In this document: positions 10,986 to 21,563 of the stretch, piece after piece
How positions within the stretch are numbered: the first letter of the stretch is position 1
Layout: each line of letters begins with the position of its first letter
DNA from: an uncultured delta proteobacterium
Lineage (GTDB): Bacteria; Myxococcota; UBA727; VGSZ01
DNA: 64,000 nucleotides
Direction of reading: 5' to 3'
NCBI GenBank assembly: GCA_963775425.1
Contig: CAVZJB010000011.1
Span: 320,001-384,000 of the forward strand
The notes under the pieces: generated by a model
Seen by the model: the letters and a program-made list of their open reading frames with translations, nothing else
The model's database searches: none
Told to the model about the DNA's origin: nothing
Translations under genes and position numbers: made by a program

Positions 10986-13900
10986 ATGTCCAAGCGCGCC
11001 CTCATCGCGGAGCCCGATTCCGAGGAAGCCCTTCGCCAGGCGGCCATCCTCACCGACGAGGGGTACGAGGCGCAGGTGTTCTCCGACGGAGACCTCATCG
11101 CCGAGGTGGAGCAGAACCCACCCGACATCCTGGTCCTGCGCCACGAAAGGACCGGGCCCCAAAGCGGGCTCGCCCTCGTCAGCCGCCTGCGGCAGGTCGC
11201 CCAGGGCACCGCCATCGTCGTCACCACCAGCGATCTCACCCCCGACGCCATCGAGAAGAACCGCAAGCAGAAGGCCCACGCCGACGGTTACCTGCGCCTC
11301 CCGGTCGAGCGCGCCGAGCTCGTCGCCGCCGCCCGCGCGGTCCCCGAGGTGCAGGAGGCCGCCGAGGCCGAGGCCACCGAGGAGAAGAACGATCCGCGCC
11401 GGCCGCCGCCGCTGCCCCCGTCGGGCCTGCGCGCGCTCGCGCAGCTCCCCAAGGCCTCGCCGAGGAGCACCGGTGAGGCGGTCCTCACCGCCGACGACCT
11501 CACCTTCGTCGAGAAGGTGTTCTCGACCATCCAGCACATCGACGCCGACGCGCCCGTCGCCGAGCCGCCGCTGTCCACCATCGGGGACGCCGGCGACCGC
11601 AAGGTGGCGCTGCTGCGTTCGGAGCTCAAACGGCGCGAACGGGAGCTGGCCAAGCTGTCGCGGCTGTGGCGGGCGCGCGAGGAGGATCTGCGGCAGAAGG
11701 AGTCGCGGGTCAGCCAGAAGGACATCGAGATCGAAGGCCTGCGGCTGCGCATCAGCGAGGTCACCGCCGAGCTCGAGAGGGCCAACCACGCCCTCGTCGA
11801 GAAAGAGGCCGAGTTCGGCCGCGCGATGGGCGAGACCTACGACAACACCGCGCTGCAGCAGGCGGAGCTCATCCAGCAGGTCGCCGGCAAGGAGAACGAG
11901 CTCAACGCGCTCAAGACCAAGATGCGCCGCGCCGAGGACGCGTGGGCGCAGGAGAAGAAGGAATTCACCGAGCGCATCTTCGAGTGGGAGAAGGCCTACG
12001 CCGACTTCGAGCAACACCACTGGAAGGTGATGGAGGCGAGCGTCGAGGAGGTCCAGCGGCTGGAGTCGCAGATCCGGCAGCGCGAGGGCGAGCGCCGGGA
12101 AGTGCTCGGCGCGCTGCGGGACCGTGAGCTCGACGTCACCATCGCCCGCGAAAAGATCGGCGGGCTCGAGCGGCGCGTGCGCGAGGTCGAGCACGCCTCC
12201 GGCGTCTTCGAGGACGAGGTGGTGGCGCGGGCACACGCGGTGGTCGTGCACGAGCAGCGCGGGCGCGTGGCGGCGGTCGGCGAGCTGCACGAGACCCAGG
12301 CGCGCCTGCTCGACGTCGAGGAGGACCTCGAGAGGCACCAGCGGCTGCTGTTCCGGCTCGAGGACAACCGGCGCCGCGAGCTCTTGCGCATGGCCGCGGT
12401 GGCCCGCGCCAGCGACGAGGAGGTCGCGCGGCTCGCCGGCGAGCGCGAGATCTTCCGGCAGCGGTCGCTGGCGCTCGCCAATGCGCTCGACGACGTCAAG
12501 GCGCTCTTCGAGGCCACCGCGTACCAGCTCTTCACCCTCGAGGAGAAGCGGCGCATCGTCGGCGAGGTCCAGGTGCAGGTCCGCGACGAGAAGCTCGCCG
12601 ACCTCTCCGAGGGCGTCGCGCGCCTCACCTCCAACCTGACCGACGTCACCGAGCGCCTCGGCCAGAGCGAGATGGAGCACGCCGCGGAGCAGGCGCGGGC
12701 CGAGGACCTCGACAAGGCGCTCGCCGAGACCCGCGACCTGTTGGCGGAGACCGAGGAGCGGCTCGCCCGCGACCTCGAGGTCACGACCGAGGAGCGGGAC
12801 AAGCTCGCCGACAACCTCGGCCGCACCGAGCAGGCGCTCGCCAACACCCGCGAGGAGCTCGCCGACGCCAAGCAGTCGCGCAACCAGCGCGAGGTCGAGG
12901 TCGCCGGGATCATCGAGCGCAAGGACAACGAGCTCGCCAACAAGAGCGAGAAGATTGTCGAGATCGAGCGCTCGCTGTCCGACGCCAAAGAGGACATCCA
13001 GAACCTCAGAAAGACCGTCACCGTCCGCGACGAGCGCATCACCGAGCTGCTCAACCGCGTGCGCGAGGCCGACGAGCAGCAGGTGTCGCTCGAGGGGCAG
13101 GTCTTCAGGCTCACGAGCGCCAACTCCGAGAAGGAGGCCGACCTCGTCGCGCGCGACGAGCGCATCGAGCAGCTCTCGGAGAAGCTGTCGCAGCGCGAGG
13201 AGCGCATCGACGCCCTGGAGGCCGAGGTCCGGCAGAGCCAGGCGCTCGTCCTCGACAAGCAGGCCGCCATCGAGCGCCAGGACCAGAACGTCCAGAGCCT
13301 GCAGGCCGAGATCGCGCGCAGCCGCGAGGAGGCCGCGCGGCTCCAGGGAGAGCTGCAGCAGAGGGCCAGCGAGCTGTTCGAGAGCGAGCGCAAGGGCTCC
13401 GCGCTGCAGGCCGAGCTGCAGAACGCGCGGCAGGAGATCGCCGCCGGCGGCGCCGTCTCCGAGCAGTTGCAAGAGCAGCTCGACACCGCCAACCAGCGCG
13501 GCGCAGACCTCCGCGAGGCGCTCGAGGACAGCGAGGCCAAGCTCAGAAACGCCCTCGTCGACCTCGACAACGCCGGCCAACGCAGCGACCAGATGCGCGT
13601 CGAGCTCGCCGAGCTGCGCGAGCGCGCGCAGGGGCAGGAGCGCGAGCTCCAGTCCGCGCTCGGCCAGATCGCGGAGCTCGAGCGCGCGCGCGAGGGCCTC
13701 CAGACGGAGAGCGGCACGCTGCAGGCGCGGCTGCACGAGGCGGAGGCCGAGCGCCAATCCCTCGAAGAGCAGGTCGCGCAGCAGACGCGGGAAAACGGCG
13801 AGCTGTCGGCGTCGCTGTCGGACGCCGCGGTGCGTCTCGAGGAGGCGCAGCAGCGCGAGCAGCAGCTCCATGACGAGGTGGCTCAGCGCGAGGGGCGCAT

Positions 13901-15266
13901 CGCGGCCCAGGGGCAGGTGCTCGAGCGGGCGGAGCAACAGTCGCAGGAGCAGGCGAGGGAGCTCGCCGATCTGCGCGAAGAGCTCGTCGAGGCCAGGCAG
14001 GCGGTCGACGAGGGCAAGAGCGCCATCGAGGAGCGCGGGCGCTGGCTCCAGACGCGCGAGGCCTCCATCGCCGAGCTCAAGGGCGCGCTCGAGGCGGAGA
14101 AGTCCGCGCGCGACGCGCTCGCCGAGCAGCTCCGCGGCCTGCAGGCGCAGATGGCCGCCGTCGAGAACGATAAGCAGTCCGTCGCCGCGCGCCTCGAGGA
14201 GCGCGAGCGCCTGATGAAGGCGCAGGGTGCGCACTCGCAGCAGGAGATCGACAAGGAGAGCGCACGGGCGGAGCAGATGGAGTCGGAGGCGAGAGAGCTG
14301 CGCGCGCAGCTCGACCGCCAAAACGCGGAGGCCACCGCGCTGCGCGCCGAGGCGCAGCGGGCGGTGGAGCTCAAGGCGGCCGAGGAGAAGGCGCGCGGCG
14401 ACGCGCTCAAGATGCGGCAATACGCCGAGAAGGCGTCCAACGAGCTGCGCGCCACGCGCGCCGCCCTCGAGAAGACGGAGGCTGCCAGGAAGGCCGCCGA
14501 GGCCGACGGCGAGCGCGCGCGCGCGGAGGTCGACGACATCCGCAACGCACAAAAGGCGGGCGAGCAGCTCGTGGCGCAGGCGCGGCTCGAGGGCGAGCAA
14601 CGCATCGCGCGCTTGAACGAGCTGACGCAGCAGGTGCATCGCCTGACGACCGCGCGTGACACGTCCGAGAAGGCGCGCGTCGAGGCGGAGCAGGAGGTGG
14701 CCAAGGCGCGCCTCCACGCCGAGCAGGAGATCGGGCGCGAGAAGAACGCCCTCGCCGAGCAGGTGCAGCGGCTGACGCAGGAGCTGGCGGCGGCCAAGAA
14801 GCAGCGCGCCGACGCCGTGGCTGCGGCGCAGCAAGCCAGGGCGGAGTCGGATCAGATCAAGCGGCTCGCGGCCGAGAAGATCAAGCAGGCGCAGGCGGCG
14901 GCGCGCGAGAGCATGGCGCGCGCGCGGCCCGGGTCGTCGCCGCCGTCGGCGGCGCGGCCGGCGACGAGCCCGCCGGCGAGCGCAGCGCCTCGCCCCGCCG
15001 GGAGCACGCCGCCCGCGAGCGCGCAGTCCGCGGGTGGGGCGCCGCCGCCGAGCGCGCCCGCCGGGCAGCAGCCCCGCGCCGTGTCCGTGCCGGGTGGGCA
15101 GCCCATTCCCGGCCTCGCGCCGCCGCAAGGGGCCCCGGTGACCAACCCCGGCTTCGCCATGCCGCCCCCCGGCGGGGCGCCGCAGGCGGATCCCTACCGC
15201 GAGCAGAAGACCGTGCTCGTCGACCGCCCGGTGATCCCGTCGGCCGCCCGCGGCGACAAGCACTGA
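10986..15266 (+). CDS. aglZ: Pseudo-receiver domain + very long coiled coil (AglZ/FrzS-like motility/polarity protein)
   Basis: Receiver-like N-terminus (PDILVLRHE...QSG...KAHADGYL) with Arg at the phospho-Asp position; about 1100 aa of heptad E/Q/R/L/A-rich sequence; Pro-rich tail; the 1426 aa size fits AglZ better than FrzS. Confidence 0.7.
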   Translation: MSKRALIAEPDSEEALRQAAILTDEGYEAQVFSDGDLIAEVEQNPPDILVLRHERTGPQSGLALVSRLRQVAQGTAIVVTTSDLTPDAIEKNRKQKAHADGYLRLPVERAELVAAARAVPEVQEAAEAEATEEKNDPRRPPPLPPSGLRALAQLPKASPRSTGEAVLTADDLTFVEKVFSTIQHIDADAPVAEPPLSTIGDAGDRKVALLRSELKRRERELAKLSRLWRAREEDLRQKESRVSQKDIEIEGLRLRISEVTAELERANHALVEKEAEFGRAMGETYDNTALQQAELIQQVAGKENELNALKTKMRRAEDAWAQEKKEFTERIFEWEKAYADFEQHHWKVMEASVEEVQRLESQIRQREGERREVLGALRDRELDVTIAREKIGGLERRVREVEHASGVFEDEVVARAHAVVVHEQRGRVAAVGELHETQARLLDVEEDLERHQRLLFRLEDNRRRELLRMAAVARASDEEVARLAGEREIFRQRSLALANALDDVKALFEATAYQLFTLEEKRRIVGEVQVQVRDEKLADLSEGVARLTSNLTDVTERLGQSEMEHAAEQARAEDLDKALAETRDLLAETEERLARDLEVTTEERDKLADNLGRTEQALANTREELADAKQSRNQREVEVAGIIERKDNELANKSEKIVEIERSLSDAKEDIQNLRKTVTVRDERITELLNRVREADEQQVSLEGQVFRLTSANSEKEADLVARDERIEQLSEKLSQREERIDALEAEVRQSQALVLDKQAAIERQDQNVQSLQAEIARSREEAARLQGELQQRASELFESERKGSALQAELQNARQEIAAGGAVSEQLQEQLDTANQRGADLREALEDSEAKLRNALVDLDNAGQRSDQMRVELAELRERAQGQERELQSALGQIAELERAREGLQTESGTLQARLHEAEAERQSLEEQVAQQTRENGELSASLSDAAVRLEEAQQREQQLHDEVAQREGRIAAQGQVLERAEQQSQEQARELADLREELVEARQAVDEGKSAIEERGRWLQTREASIAELKGALEAEKSARDALAEQLRGLQAQMAAVENDKQSVAARLEERERLMKAQGAHSQQEIDKESARAEQMESEARELRAQLDRQNAEATALRAEAQRAVELKAAEEKARGDALKMRQYAEKASNELRATRAALEKTEAARKAAEADGERARAEVDDIRNAQKAGEQLVAQARLEGEQRIARLNELTQQVHRLTTARDTSEKARVEAEQEVAKARLHAEQEIGREKNALAEQVQRLTQELAAAKKQRADAVAAAQQARAESDQIKRLAAEKIKQAQAAARESMARARPGSSPPSAARPATSPPASAAPRPAGSTPPASAQSAGGAPPPSAPAGQQPRAVSVPGGQPIPGLAPPQGAPVTNPGFAMPPPGGAPQADPYREQKTVLVDRPVIPSAARGDKH

Positions 15267-15312
15267 AAGCGGCCCCGCCGGACGAAGCGGGGGCGCGACG
15301 TCGGCGGCGCGC

Positions 15313-15348
15313 GCGTATTCAATCGGACGTCGTCGCCGGCGTATTCAA
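15313..15348 (+). promoter_or_regulatory. Direct repeat GCGTATTCAA x2, candidate regulator binding site
   Basis: Exact 10-mer at 15313-15322 and 15339-15348 in the intergenic region upstream of 15450. Confidence 0.35.
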
Positions 15349-15449
15349 AGCGCCGGGTGACGCTCGCCACCGGCGGCGCGCTTTTCATCGAGGCCGCCGC
15401 ACGTTTCTTCTCGTGAGCGTCGCAAGTCGCGCCGCGTAGGAGATGAGAC

Positions 15450-15875
15450 ATGAAGTCCAACAGCCGCTTTGTCGTCAGCTTGCTCGGTGTCGTCCTCGGC
15501 GTCGCCATGTTCGCCGGCACCGCCTCCGCGCACGAGCGCGACGAGCGCCGGGAGCGCCGCGACGCGCCGCGCTCGGGATACGTGGTGGTCTCGCGCAACG
15601 ATGACGGTTTCGAGGCGGCCATCCGCCGCGGCGTCGTCAACGGTTCGCTCACCCGCGGGGAGGCCCGGCGGCTCCAGCGCGAGGTGCGCCAGTTGCGCGA
15701 GGCCCAGCGCCGCGTGACTCGCGACGGCCGCGTGAGCCGGGCGGAGCGCCGGCGCATCGAGAAGAAGGAGCAGGACCTGTGGCGCGACATCCGCCGCGAG
15801 TCGAACGACCGGCAGCGGAGCGCGCGCCGCGACACCGACGACCGCGACGGCCGCTTCGGCCGCGGCTTCTCCTGA
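15450..15875 (+). CDS. Small secreted Arg/Asp-rich helical protein
   Basis: AGGAG ribosome binding site; signal peptide ending ASA; G.LTR.EARRL / DG.VSRAERRRI repeats. Confidence 0.8.
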   Translation: MKSNSRFVVSLLGVVLGVAMFAGTASAHERDERRERRDAPRSGYVVVSRNDDGFEAAIRRGVVNGSLTRGEARRLQREVRQLREAQRRVTRDGRVSRAERRRIEKKEQDLWRDIRRESNDRQRSARRDTDDRDGRFGRGFS

Positions 15876-15888
15876 CGCGCAGCGCGCC

Positions 15889-15920
15889 GCCGGGGGGCGG
15901 CGAGGTCGCCGCCCCCCGGC
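15889..15920 (+). terminator. Strong GC hairpin downstream of the 15450-15875 gene (terminator-like, no U-tract)
   Basis: Perfect 15-bp inverted repeat GCCGGGGGGCGGCGA-gg-TCGCCGCCCCCCGGC. Confidence 0.6.
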
Positions 15921-15975
15921 ACCCGCCTCCTTGATGCCTCGACCGTCCGCTGTAGGCTGCGCGAGGAGGTGCGCC

Positions 15976-16506
15976 GTGCGTGAGCCCGATGAACGCGATC
16001 GCGATCCCTTCGAGCGACTGCTGCAGACCCACCGACGCATCGAGGAGCGCCTCGACGAGCTCCTGAAAGCGTGCGCCGCGCTCGGGGGCCACGGCGACGC
16101 CGACGAGGTCGTTCGCGACGTCGCCGGCTTCTTCTCGCGCGCCGGCAGGAAGCACGTCGACGACGAGGAGCAGACGCTCTTTCCGCGGCTGCAGGCGCAC
16201 CCGGAGCTGGCCGTCATCCTGAAGGCGCTCGCGGACGAGCACGTCACCCACGACCGGCTCGAGGGCGAGCTGCAATCCCTCGCCGACGCGCCGGGCGCGC
16301 TCGACGCCGCCCGCGTGTCCGCCGTCGCCCGCTCCCTCGCCGACACCTACCGCGCCCACATCGCGCGCGAGGAGAACGAGCTGTTCCCGGCGGCGCGGGC
16401 GGCGCTCTCGAGCGAGGTGCTCCTCGAGATGGCGCGCGAGATGTCGAATCGCCGCGGAGATCGGGGCCGGGGCGGCCGCGCCCCGCGTGGGGGTCGTCTG
16501 CGTTAG
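15976..16506 (+). CDS. Hemerythrin/HHE cation-binding domain protein
   Basis: H.RI, HVDDEEQTLFP, EH..H and HIAREENELFP motifs; AGGAGG before the GTG. Confidence 0.88.
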   Translation: MREPDERDRDPFERLLQTHRRIEERLDELLKACAALGGHGDADEVVRDVAGFFSRAGRKHVDDEEQTLFPRLQAHPELAVILKALADEHVTHDRLEGELQSLADAPGALDAARVSAVARSLADTYRAHIAREENELFPAARAALSSEVLLEMAREMSNRRGDRGRGGRAPRGGRLR

Positions 16507-16515
16507 CGTGTGCGA

Positions 16516-19500
16516 ATGATTCGATTCGTATGCGCCGCGCTCGTCACCGCCGGGCTCATTTCGTGTCGCACGACGTCGGCGCTCTCCGACGCCCGGTCCT
16601 ACCTCGACGTCGCGCCCGCGCCGCACCCGGCGCTCGCCGCGTCGCCGCCGTGCCCCGAGGCCGCCGACATGCTCGCCGCGTTCCACGGCGGGCGGCTGAA
16701 GGGGCCGCTCGCGCAGGTGGAGGCGCGCGCGAACGACGTGCTCACTCGATGCCCGCTCGCCTGGGAGGCCCACGAGGTCGCCGGGTTCGTCGCGCGGCTC
16801 GAGGACCACGACGACGCCGCCTCCGTTCACTTCATGGCCGCCGCCGCCGACCTCCGCGCGCGCGACGCGCGCTTCTTCCTCGCCGAGATGCAGGATGAGC
16901 CGCTCCCCGTTCATCTCGACCGCGCCGAGCTGCTCTTCCTCGCCGACGTCGCGGCGCACCACCCGGATCCGGCGGTCCGCGCCGACGCATTGGTGCGCAA
17001 GATCTCCGTCGAGTCTCGCTATGCGGAGGCGCGGCCGGAGGAGCGCCGCGGCGCGGGGATCATCGAGTCATGGCAGGTGGTCGGCGCGTTCGACAACGAC
17101 CAGGGCAAGGGCTTCCTCACGAGCTATCCGCCGGAAGAGGGCGTCGATCTCGACGAGGAGATGAAGGGCCTCGTGGTCCCCGTGCACTGGCGCGAGGTGG
17201 AGAAGCTCCACCGCACCGGCTCCGTTCCCCTCGACGACATCATCTCGCCCGAGAACGAGTCCGTCGCCTATCTCGCGACGTGGCTGACGGCGAAGCAGGC
17301 CCGCAACGGCGCGTTGATGGTGTCGACGGACGCGCCGTTTCGCGTGTTCCTGAACGGCCGGCTCGTCGGTGAGGAGCAGCGGGTCGACGCGTTCGGCGAC
17401 GACGCCTTCCGCGTCCCCGTCGAGCTCGCCGCCGGCGGCAACCAGTTGTTGATCAAGTCCGCCAACGAGCGCGGCTCATGGAGGTTTCGCGCGCGGCTCG
17501 TGGACGACCATGGCGCGCCCATGGCCGGCGTCGTCGTCACCGACACACCCGTGCGCTTCGCGAGGGACAAGCGCGCACCGGAGCCGCGCGCGTTCGTGGA
17601 GCCGTCCGGCGAGGGGAGCGGCCCGCGCGCGACGCTCATCGACACGCGCTCATTGTCGCGCGCGGGTGTCGTGCGCGACGCGCTGGAGAGCGCGCGCCGG
17701 TACGCGGAGGAGTCGAAGGACAGCCCGCTCGCGGTGCTCCTCGTCAGCGGCTTGTTGAAGCGCAACCAGGAGGCAGGCAAGGCGATCGATCTCCTCAACA
17801 AGACCATCGGCGACGATGCGCAGGCGCCGGCGGCGTTGCTCATCGAGCGCGCGCGGTTCTACGAGTCCAAGCGGCGCTGGGACGCGGCCCAGGACGACCT
17901 GCGCAAGGTTCGCAAGCGCGATCCCGCCACGCGCAACGCGCTCGACCTGCTCGCCAGCATCTACGCGCGTCGACACTGGGAGATCGATTGTTGCCGCACG
18001 CTCGACGAGGGGTTGAAGCTGTGGCCCGACGTCCCCTTCCTCGTGCGCAACGACGCCGACTGCCTCGACGGCCGCGGCTACCGCAGCGAAGCGCGCGCGA
18101 TGTACCTGCGCACCTGGGCGCTCCAGCCTGGCTGGAGCTCACCGGCGTGGCGGCTCTCGCTCTTCGCGCAGGACGCCGGTGACCTCGACGAGGCGCGGCG
18201 CTGGCTCGAGCGGTACGCGGCCATCGAGGACACCAGCCCCGGCTCGCAGATCCTGCTGGCCGACCTCGCGCGCCTCGCGCACGATCCGGAGCGCGCCAAG
18301 GCCTACCTCGCCCAAGCGCGACACATCGACCCCGACGGCGCCACCTCGTTCTCCCGCCTCGGCGACCTCGCCTACGAGGCCGGCGACAGGACCACGGCGA
18401 TCGCGCGATGGCGGGAGGCGCTCACCCGCAACCCCAAGGACGGCGACCTGAGCGTTCACGTCGAATTCGCAGCGGACGAAGGGTTCGGCGATCTCCAGAA
18501 GTACGCGCCGTCGGACAAGGACATCAAGGCAGCCATCCTCGCGTCGCTCGACAAGCCCGCGGCGCCCGGCTCGAACATCGTGCGCATCATCGATCACCAG
18601 GTGAACGAGGTGAACGCCGACGGCAGCTCGCGCGCCATCGTCACGCTGGTGCAGCAGGCGGTGAACCAGCGCGGGCGCGATCAGCTCATCTCGTTTTCCG
18701 TACCGAGCCGATTCACGCGGATCCTCGACGCGCACTCCATCACTCCGAAGGGCGAGACGCAGGAAGCGTCGTCCATCACCAACGGCAAGATCCGCTTTCG
18801 CAGCCTCGAGGTCGGCAGCATCACGGTGGTCCAGTACCTCACGCATACGCCGCCCGGCAGCTTCCTCCCCAACCACTACGTCGCGACCTTCTGGTTCTCG
18901 GGCATGCAGGTCGACGTCCGCGACTCGACGTGGGTGGCCATCACGCCCAAGGACCGGCCGTTGTTCCGCGACATCCAGGGGCAGGTGAAGGAGTCCGTGG
19001 CGGACGCCGGCGACAAGCGCGTCTACACGTGGCGCGCCACCGATGTACCGCCGCTGTTGCCGGAGCCGGGGATGCCGCCCGCCGTCGACTTCCTGCGCCG
19101 CGTCAGCGTGTCGACGCTCGACGGGTGGGACGAGTACGTGCGCTGGGAGCAGGCGCTGTTGAAGGATGCGTTTCGCAGCAACCCCGAGGTGGACGCGCTC
19201 GCCAAGCGTTTGCTCGACGGCGCGGGCGGACCGCGCGACAAGATCAATCGACTCTTCCGCTACGTCTCGAAGGAGATTCGCTACACGCAGGAGTACGAGA
19301 CCACCATCGCGGGCGTGAAGCCGCACGCGTGCCCCGTGGTGCTCGAGCGCGGCTACGGCGACTGCAAGGACAAAGCGGTCCTGTTGATCCTGCTCCTCAA
19401 GAAGGCCGGCGTCGCCGCGGACTTCGCCATCCTGCGCACCACCGACGCGGGCAAGGTGGTCAAGAGCGTGCCCAACCAGCAGTTCAACCACGCCATCGTC

Positions 19501-20289
19501 TACGTGCGCGAGCAGCCCGGCATCGACGAGGGCTTCTTCATCGATCCCACCACCGACGCGCTCGACCTCGGCAACCTGCGCAGGGACGACCAGGGCGCCG
19601 TCAGCCTCGTGCTCGACCCGGACAGCGGCAAGTGGCACTTCGCCGACATTCCCTACCAGGCGCCGGAGCTCGAATACTCGCGCGCGGCGGTGAAGCTCGA
19701 CGTCGACAGGGGCCTCGCGCACGTCGACATCCTCTCGCGCGGCGACGGCGCCTCCCGCCAGCGCCGCGCCGTTCGTGACGCGGAGACCGCCAAGAAGCTC
19801 GAGCAGGGCTGGGCCAGCCTGTTGTGGCCGGGGACGACGTTGAAGACCGGCAGCGTCGACACCTCGGAGGACCTGACCAAGCCCTTCGCGCTCGACATGG
19901 ACGTCGACATCTCCGGCGCCGTCCACGACGACGACGACGGCGCGCGCATCGACGTCCCCGATATCTCGCGCATGTCGGGGCTCACGCGCCTCGCCGCGCG
20001 CCAGCTCCCCTTGCGCCTCGGGGTCCCGTCGACGGAGAGCGTGGACGTCACGTTCGCGTTGCCGGCAGGACGAAAGGTCCTGCGCACACCGCCGGACTAT
20101 CACGTGGTCCACGCGTGTTTCACCGCCGATCGCACCACGACGACGTCGGCGACGGAGGTGCACGTGAAGCAATCCGTGGTGAAGACCTGCCCCATGATTG
20201 AGCCCGCGGACTACGCCGCGTTTCGCGAGAAGGCGCTCGAGGTCGTGAACCACGAGCATGATCCGCTCGTGCTCTCGAAGCCCCGCTGA
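16516..20289 (+). CDS. Lipoprotein with TPR repeats, DUF3857 and transglutaminase-like cysteine protease domain
   Basis: Lipobox LISC; TPR helices; GYGDCKDKA, FNHAIVYV and FIDPT transglutaminase-like triad. Confidence 0.85.
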   Translation: MIRFVCAALVTAGLISCRTTSALSDARSYLDVAPAPHPALAASPPCPEAADMLAAFHGGRLKGPLAQVEARANDVLTRCPLAWEAHEVAGFVARLEDHDDAASVHFMAAAADLRARDARFFLAEMQDEPLPVHLDRAELLFLADVAAHHPDPAVRADALVRKISVESRYAEARPEERRGAGIIESWQVVGAFDNDQGKGFLTSYPPEEGVDLDEEMKGLVVPVHWREVEKLHRTGSVPLDDIISPENESVAYLATWLTAKQARNGALMVSTDAPFRVFLNGRLVGEEQRVDAFGDDAFRVPVELAAGGNQLLIKSANERGSWRFRARLVDDHGAPMAGVVVTDTPVRFARDKRAPEPRAFVEPSGEGSGPRATLIDTRSLSRAGVVRDALESARRYAEESKDSPLAVLLVSGLLKRNQEAGKAIDLLNKTIGDDAQAPAALLIERARFYESKRRWDAAQDDLRKVRKRDPATRNALDLLASIYARRHWEIDCCRTLDEGLKLWPDVPFLVRNDADCLDGRGYRSEARAMYLRTWALQPGWSSPAWRLSLFAQDAGDLDEARRWLERYAAIEDTSPGSQILLADLARLAHDPERAKAYLAQARHIDPDGATSFSRLGDLAYEAGDRTTAIARWREALTRNPKDGDLSVHVEFAADEGFGDLQKYAPSDKDIKAAILASLDKPAAPGSNIVRIIDHQVNEVNADGSSRAIVTLVQQAVNQRGRDQLISFSVPSRFTRILDAHSITPKGETQEASSITNGKIRFRSLEVGSITVVQYLTHTPPGSFLPNHYVATFWFSGMQVDVRDSTWVAITPKDRPLFRDIQGQVKESVADAGDKRVYTWRATDVPPLLPEPGMPPAVDFLRRVSVSTLDGWDEYVRWEQALLKDAFRSNPEVDALAKRLLDGAGGPRDKINRLFRYVSKEIRYTQEYETTIAGVKPHACPVVLERGYGDCKDKAVLLILLLKKAGVAADFAILRTTDAGKVVKSVPNQQFNHAIVYVREQPGIDEGFFIDPTTDALDLGNLRRDDQGAVSLVLDPDSGKWHFADIPYQAPELEYSRAAVKLDVDRGLAHVDILSRGDGASRQRRAVRDAETAKKLEQGWASLLWPGTTLKTGSVDTSEDLTKPFALDMDVDISGAVHDDDDGARIDVPDISRMSGLTRLAARQLPLRLGVPSTESVDVTFALPAGRKVLRTPPDYHVVHACFTADRTTTTSATEVHVKQSVVKTCPMIEPADYAAFREKALEVVNHEHDPLVLSKPR

Positions 20290-20309
20290 TCTCGACGCTC
20301 CCGCGGGCG

Positions 20310-21563
20310 CTACGCGTCGAGCCGTCGCCGCGGGCGCACCGCGAGCCACACGCCGAGGCCGACGGCGCCGGAGACGGCGAGGCCGACGCCGGCGCCCGCG
20401 TAGCTGTGGGTGCGGTCGACGACGGCGCCGATGATGGGGAACGCGATGATGAGCGCGAGCGACTGCGCGGCCGCGAGCAGCCCACCGGTGGCCGCCACGC
20501 GGTCCTTGCCGACGCGCAGGAGCAGGTCGCTCGTGGTGAGCGCGTAGACGCCGCCGCCGCCGGCGAGCGCGACGGCCATCACCGACGTCGTCTGCCACGG
20601 GGTGCCCGCGAGGCCGAGCGCGCCGACGGCGAGGCACAGCGCGCCTGCGAGCGCGAACAGCGAGCGCGGCGCGCCCACCGTGCGCGTGCGGCGTTGGACG
20701 GCGCCGGCAACGACGCCGAACAGCACCGAGCCGCCGTCGAACGCCAGCGGCGGCAGCCACAAATAGTGGCCGACCTGGGCCTGCGTGAGTGCGTTTTGGG
20801 CGACGAGGATCTTGGCGCCGAACACGAGCACCAGGCCGTTGATGGGGCCCGACGCGACCACGGCGCAGACGGCGCGCAGCAGGTCGCGGTCGGCGAGCAG
20901 CTCACGGAAGCGCGCCGTCGCCGGTGCGCGCTCCTGGGCGGCGTGCGCGGGGGCGGGCGCGACGTCGAGCGCCGCGCGCGCCTTCTTCGACGAGGTCACG
21001 GCGATCCACAGCGGGATCCAGGCGAGGCCGGCGACCGCGGTGGCGACGAGCGCGATGCGCCAGCCGTAGCGCGCGTCGAGCGCGGGCGCGACGATGGCGG
21101 AGACGGCGGCGCCGATGGAGCTCCCGGTGAACAACACGCCGAAGCCCGCGCTCTGTTGCCGCGGGGGCAGCACGCGGTTCATCGATTGGGCGGCGCCCGG
21201 GAAAGACGGCGCCTCGGCGCAGCCGAGGAGGATGCGCAACATGAAGAGCACGATGACGCCGGGGACCAACGCGTGCGCGGCGGCGACCGCCGACCACGCG
21301 AGCACGGACACCACGAGCCCGCGGCGCGCGCCGAAGCGGTCGACGGCGGCGCCGGCGACCGGGGCGAACACGAGGTACGCGATGGAGAACGCGGAGCCGA
21401 GCCAGCCGAACGCGGTGTTCGAGATGTGCAGCGAGTCCGTGATGGTGGGCCCGAGGACGGCGAACGCCTGACGGTCGACGTAGCTGACCGCCATGGTCGA
21501 TGTGGCCACGAGCGCGATCAACCACGCCTGGACCGTCGACAGCACCGAGGAGCTCGGCTTCAC
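20310..21563 (-). CDS. MFS transporter (ACS/hexuronate-like)
   Basis: SYVDRQ, G...DRFGARR and RILLG.AEA..FP motifs; about 12 hydrophobic segments. Confidence 0.92.
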   Translation of the reverse strand: MKPSSSVLSTVQAWLIALVATSTMAVSYVDRQAFAVLGPTITDSLHISNTAFGWLGSAFSIAYLVFAPVAGAAVDRFGARRGLVVSVLAWSAVAAAHALVPGVIVLFMLRILLGCAEAPSFPGAAQSMNRVLPPRQQSAGFGVLFTGSSIGAAVSAIVAPALDARYGWRIALVATAVAGLAWIPLWIAVTSSKKARAALDVAPAPAHAAQERAPATARFRELLADRDLLRAVCAVVASGPINGLVLVFGAKILVAQNALTQAQVGHYLWLPPLAFDGGSVLFGVVAGAVQRRTRTVGAPRSLFALAGALCLAVGALGLAGTPWQTTSVMAVALAGGGGVYALTTSDLLLRVGKDRVAATGGLLAAAQSLALIIAFPIIGAVVDRTHSYAGAGVGLAVSGAVGLGVWLAVRPRRRLDA

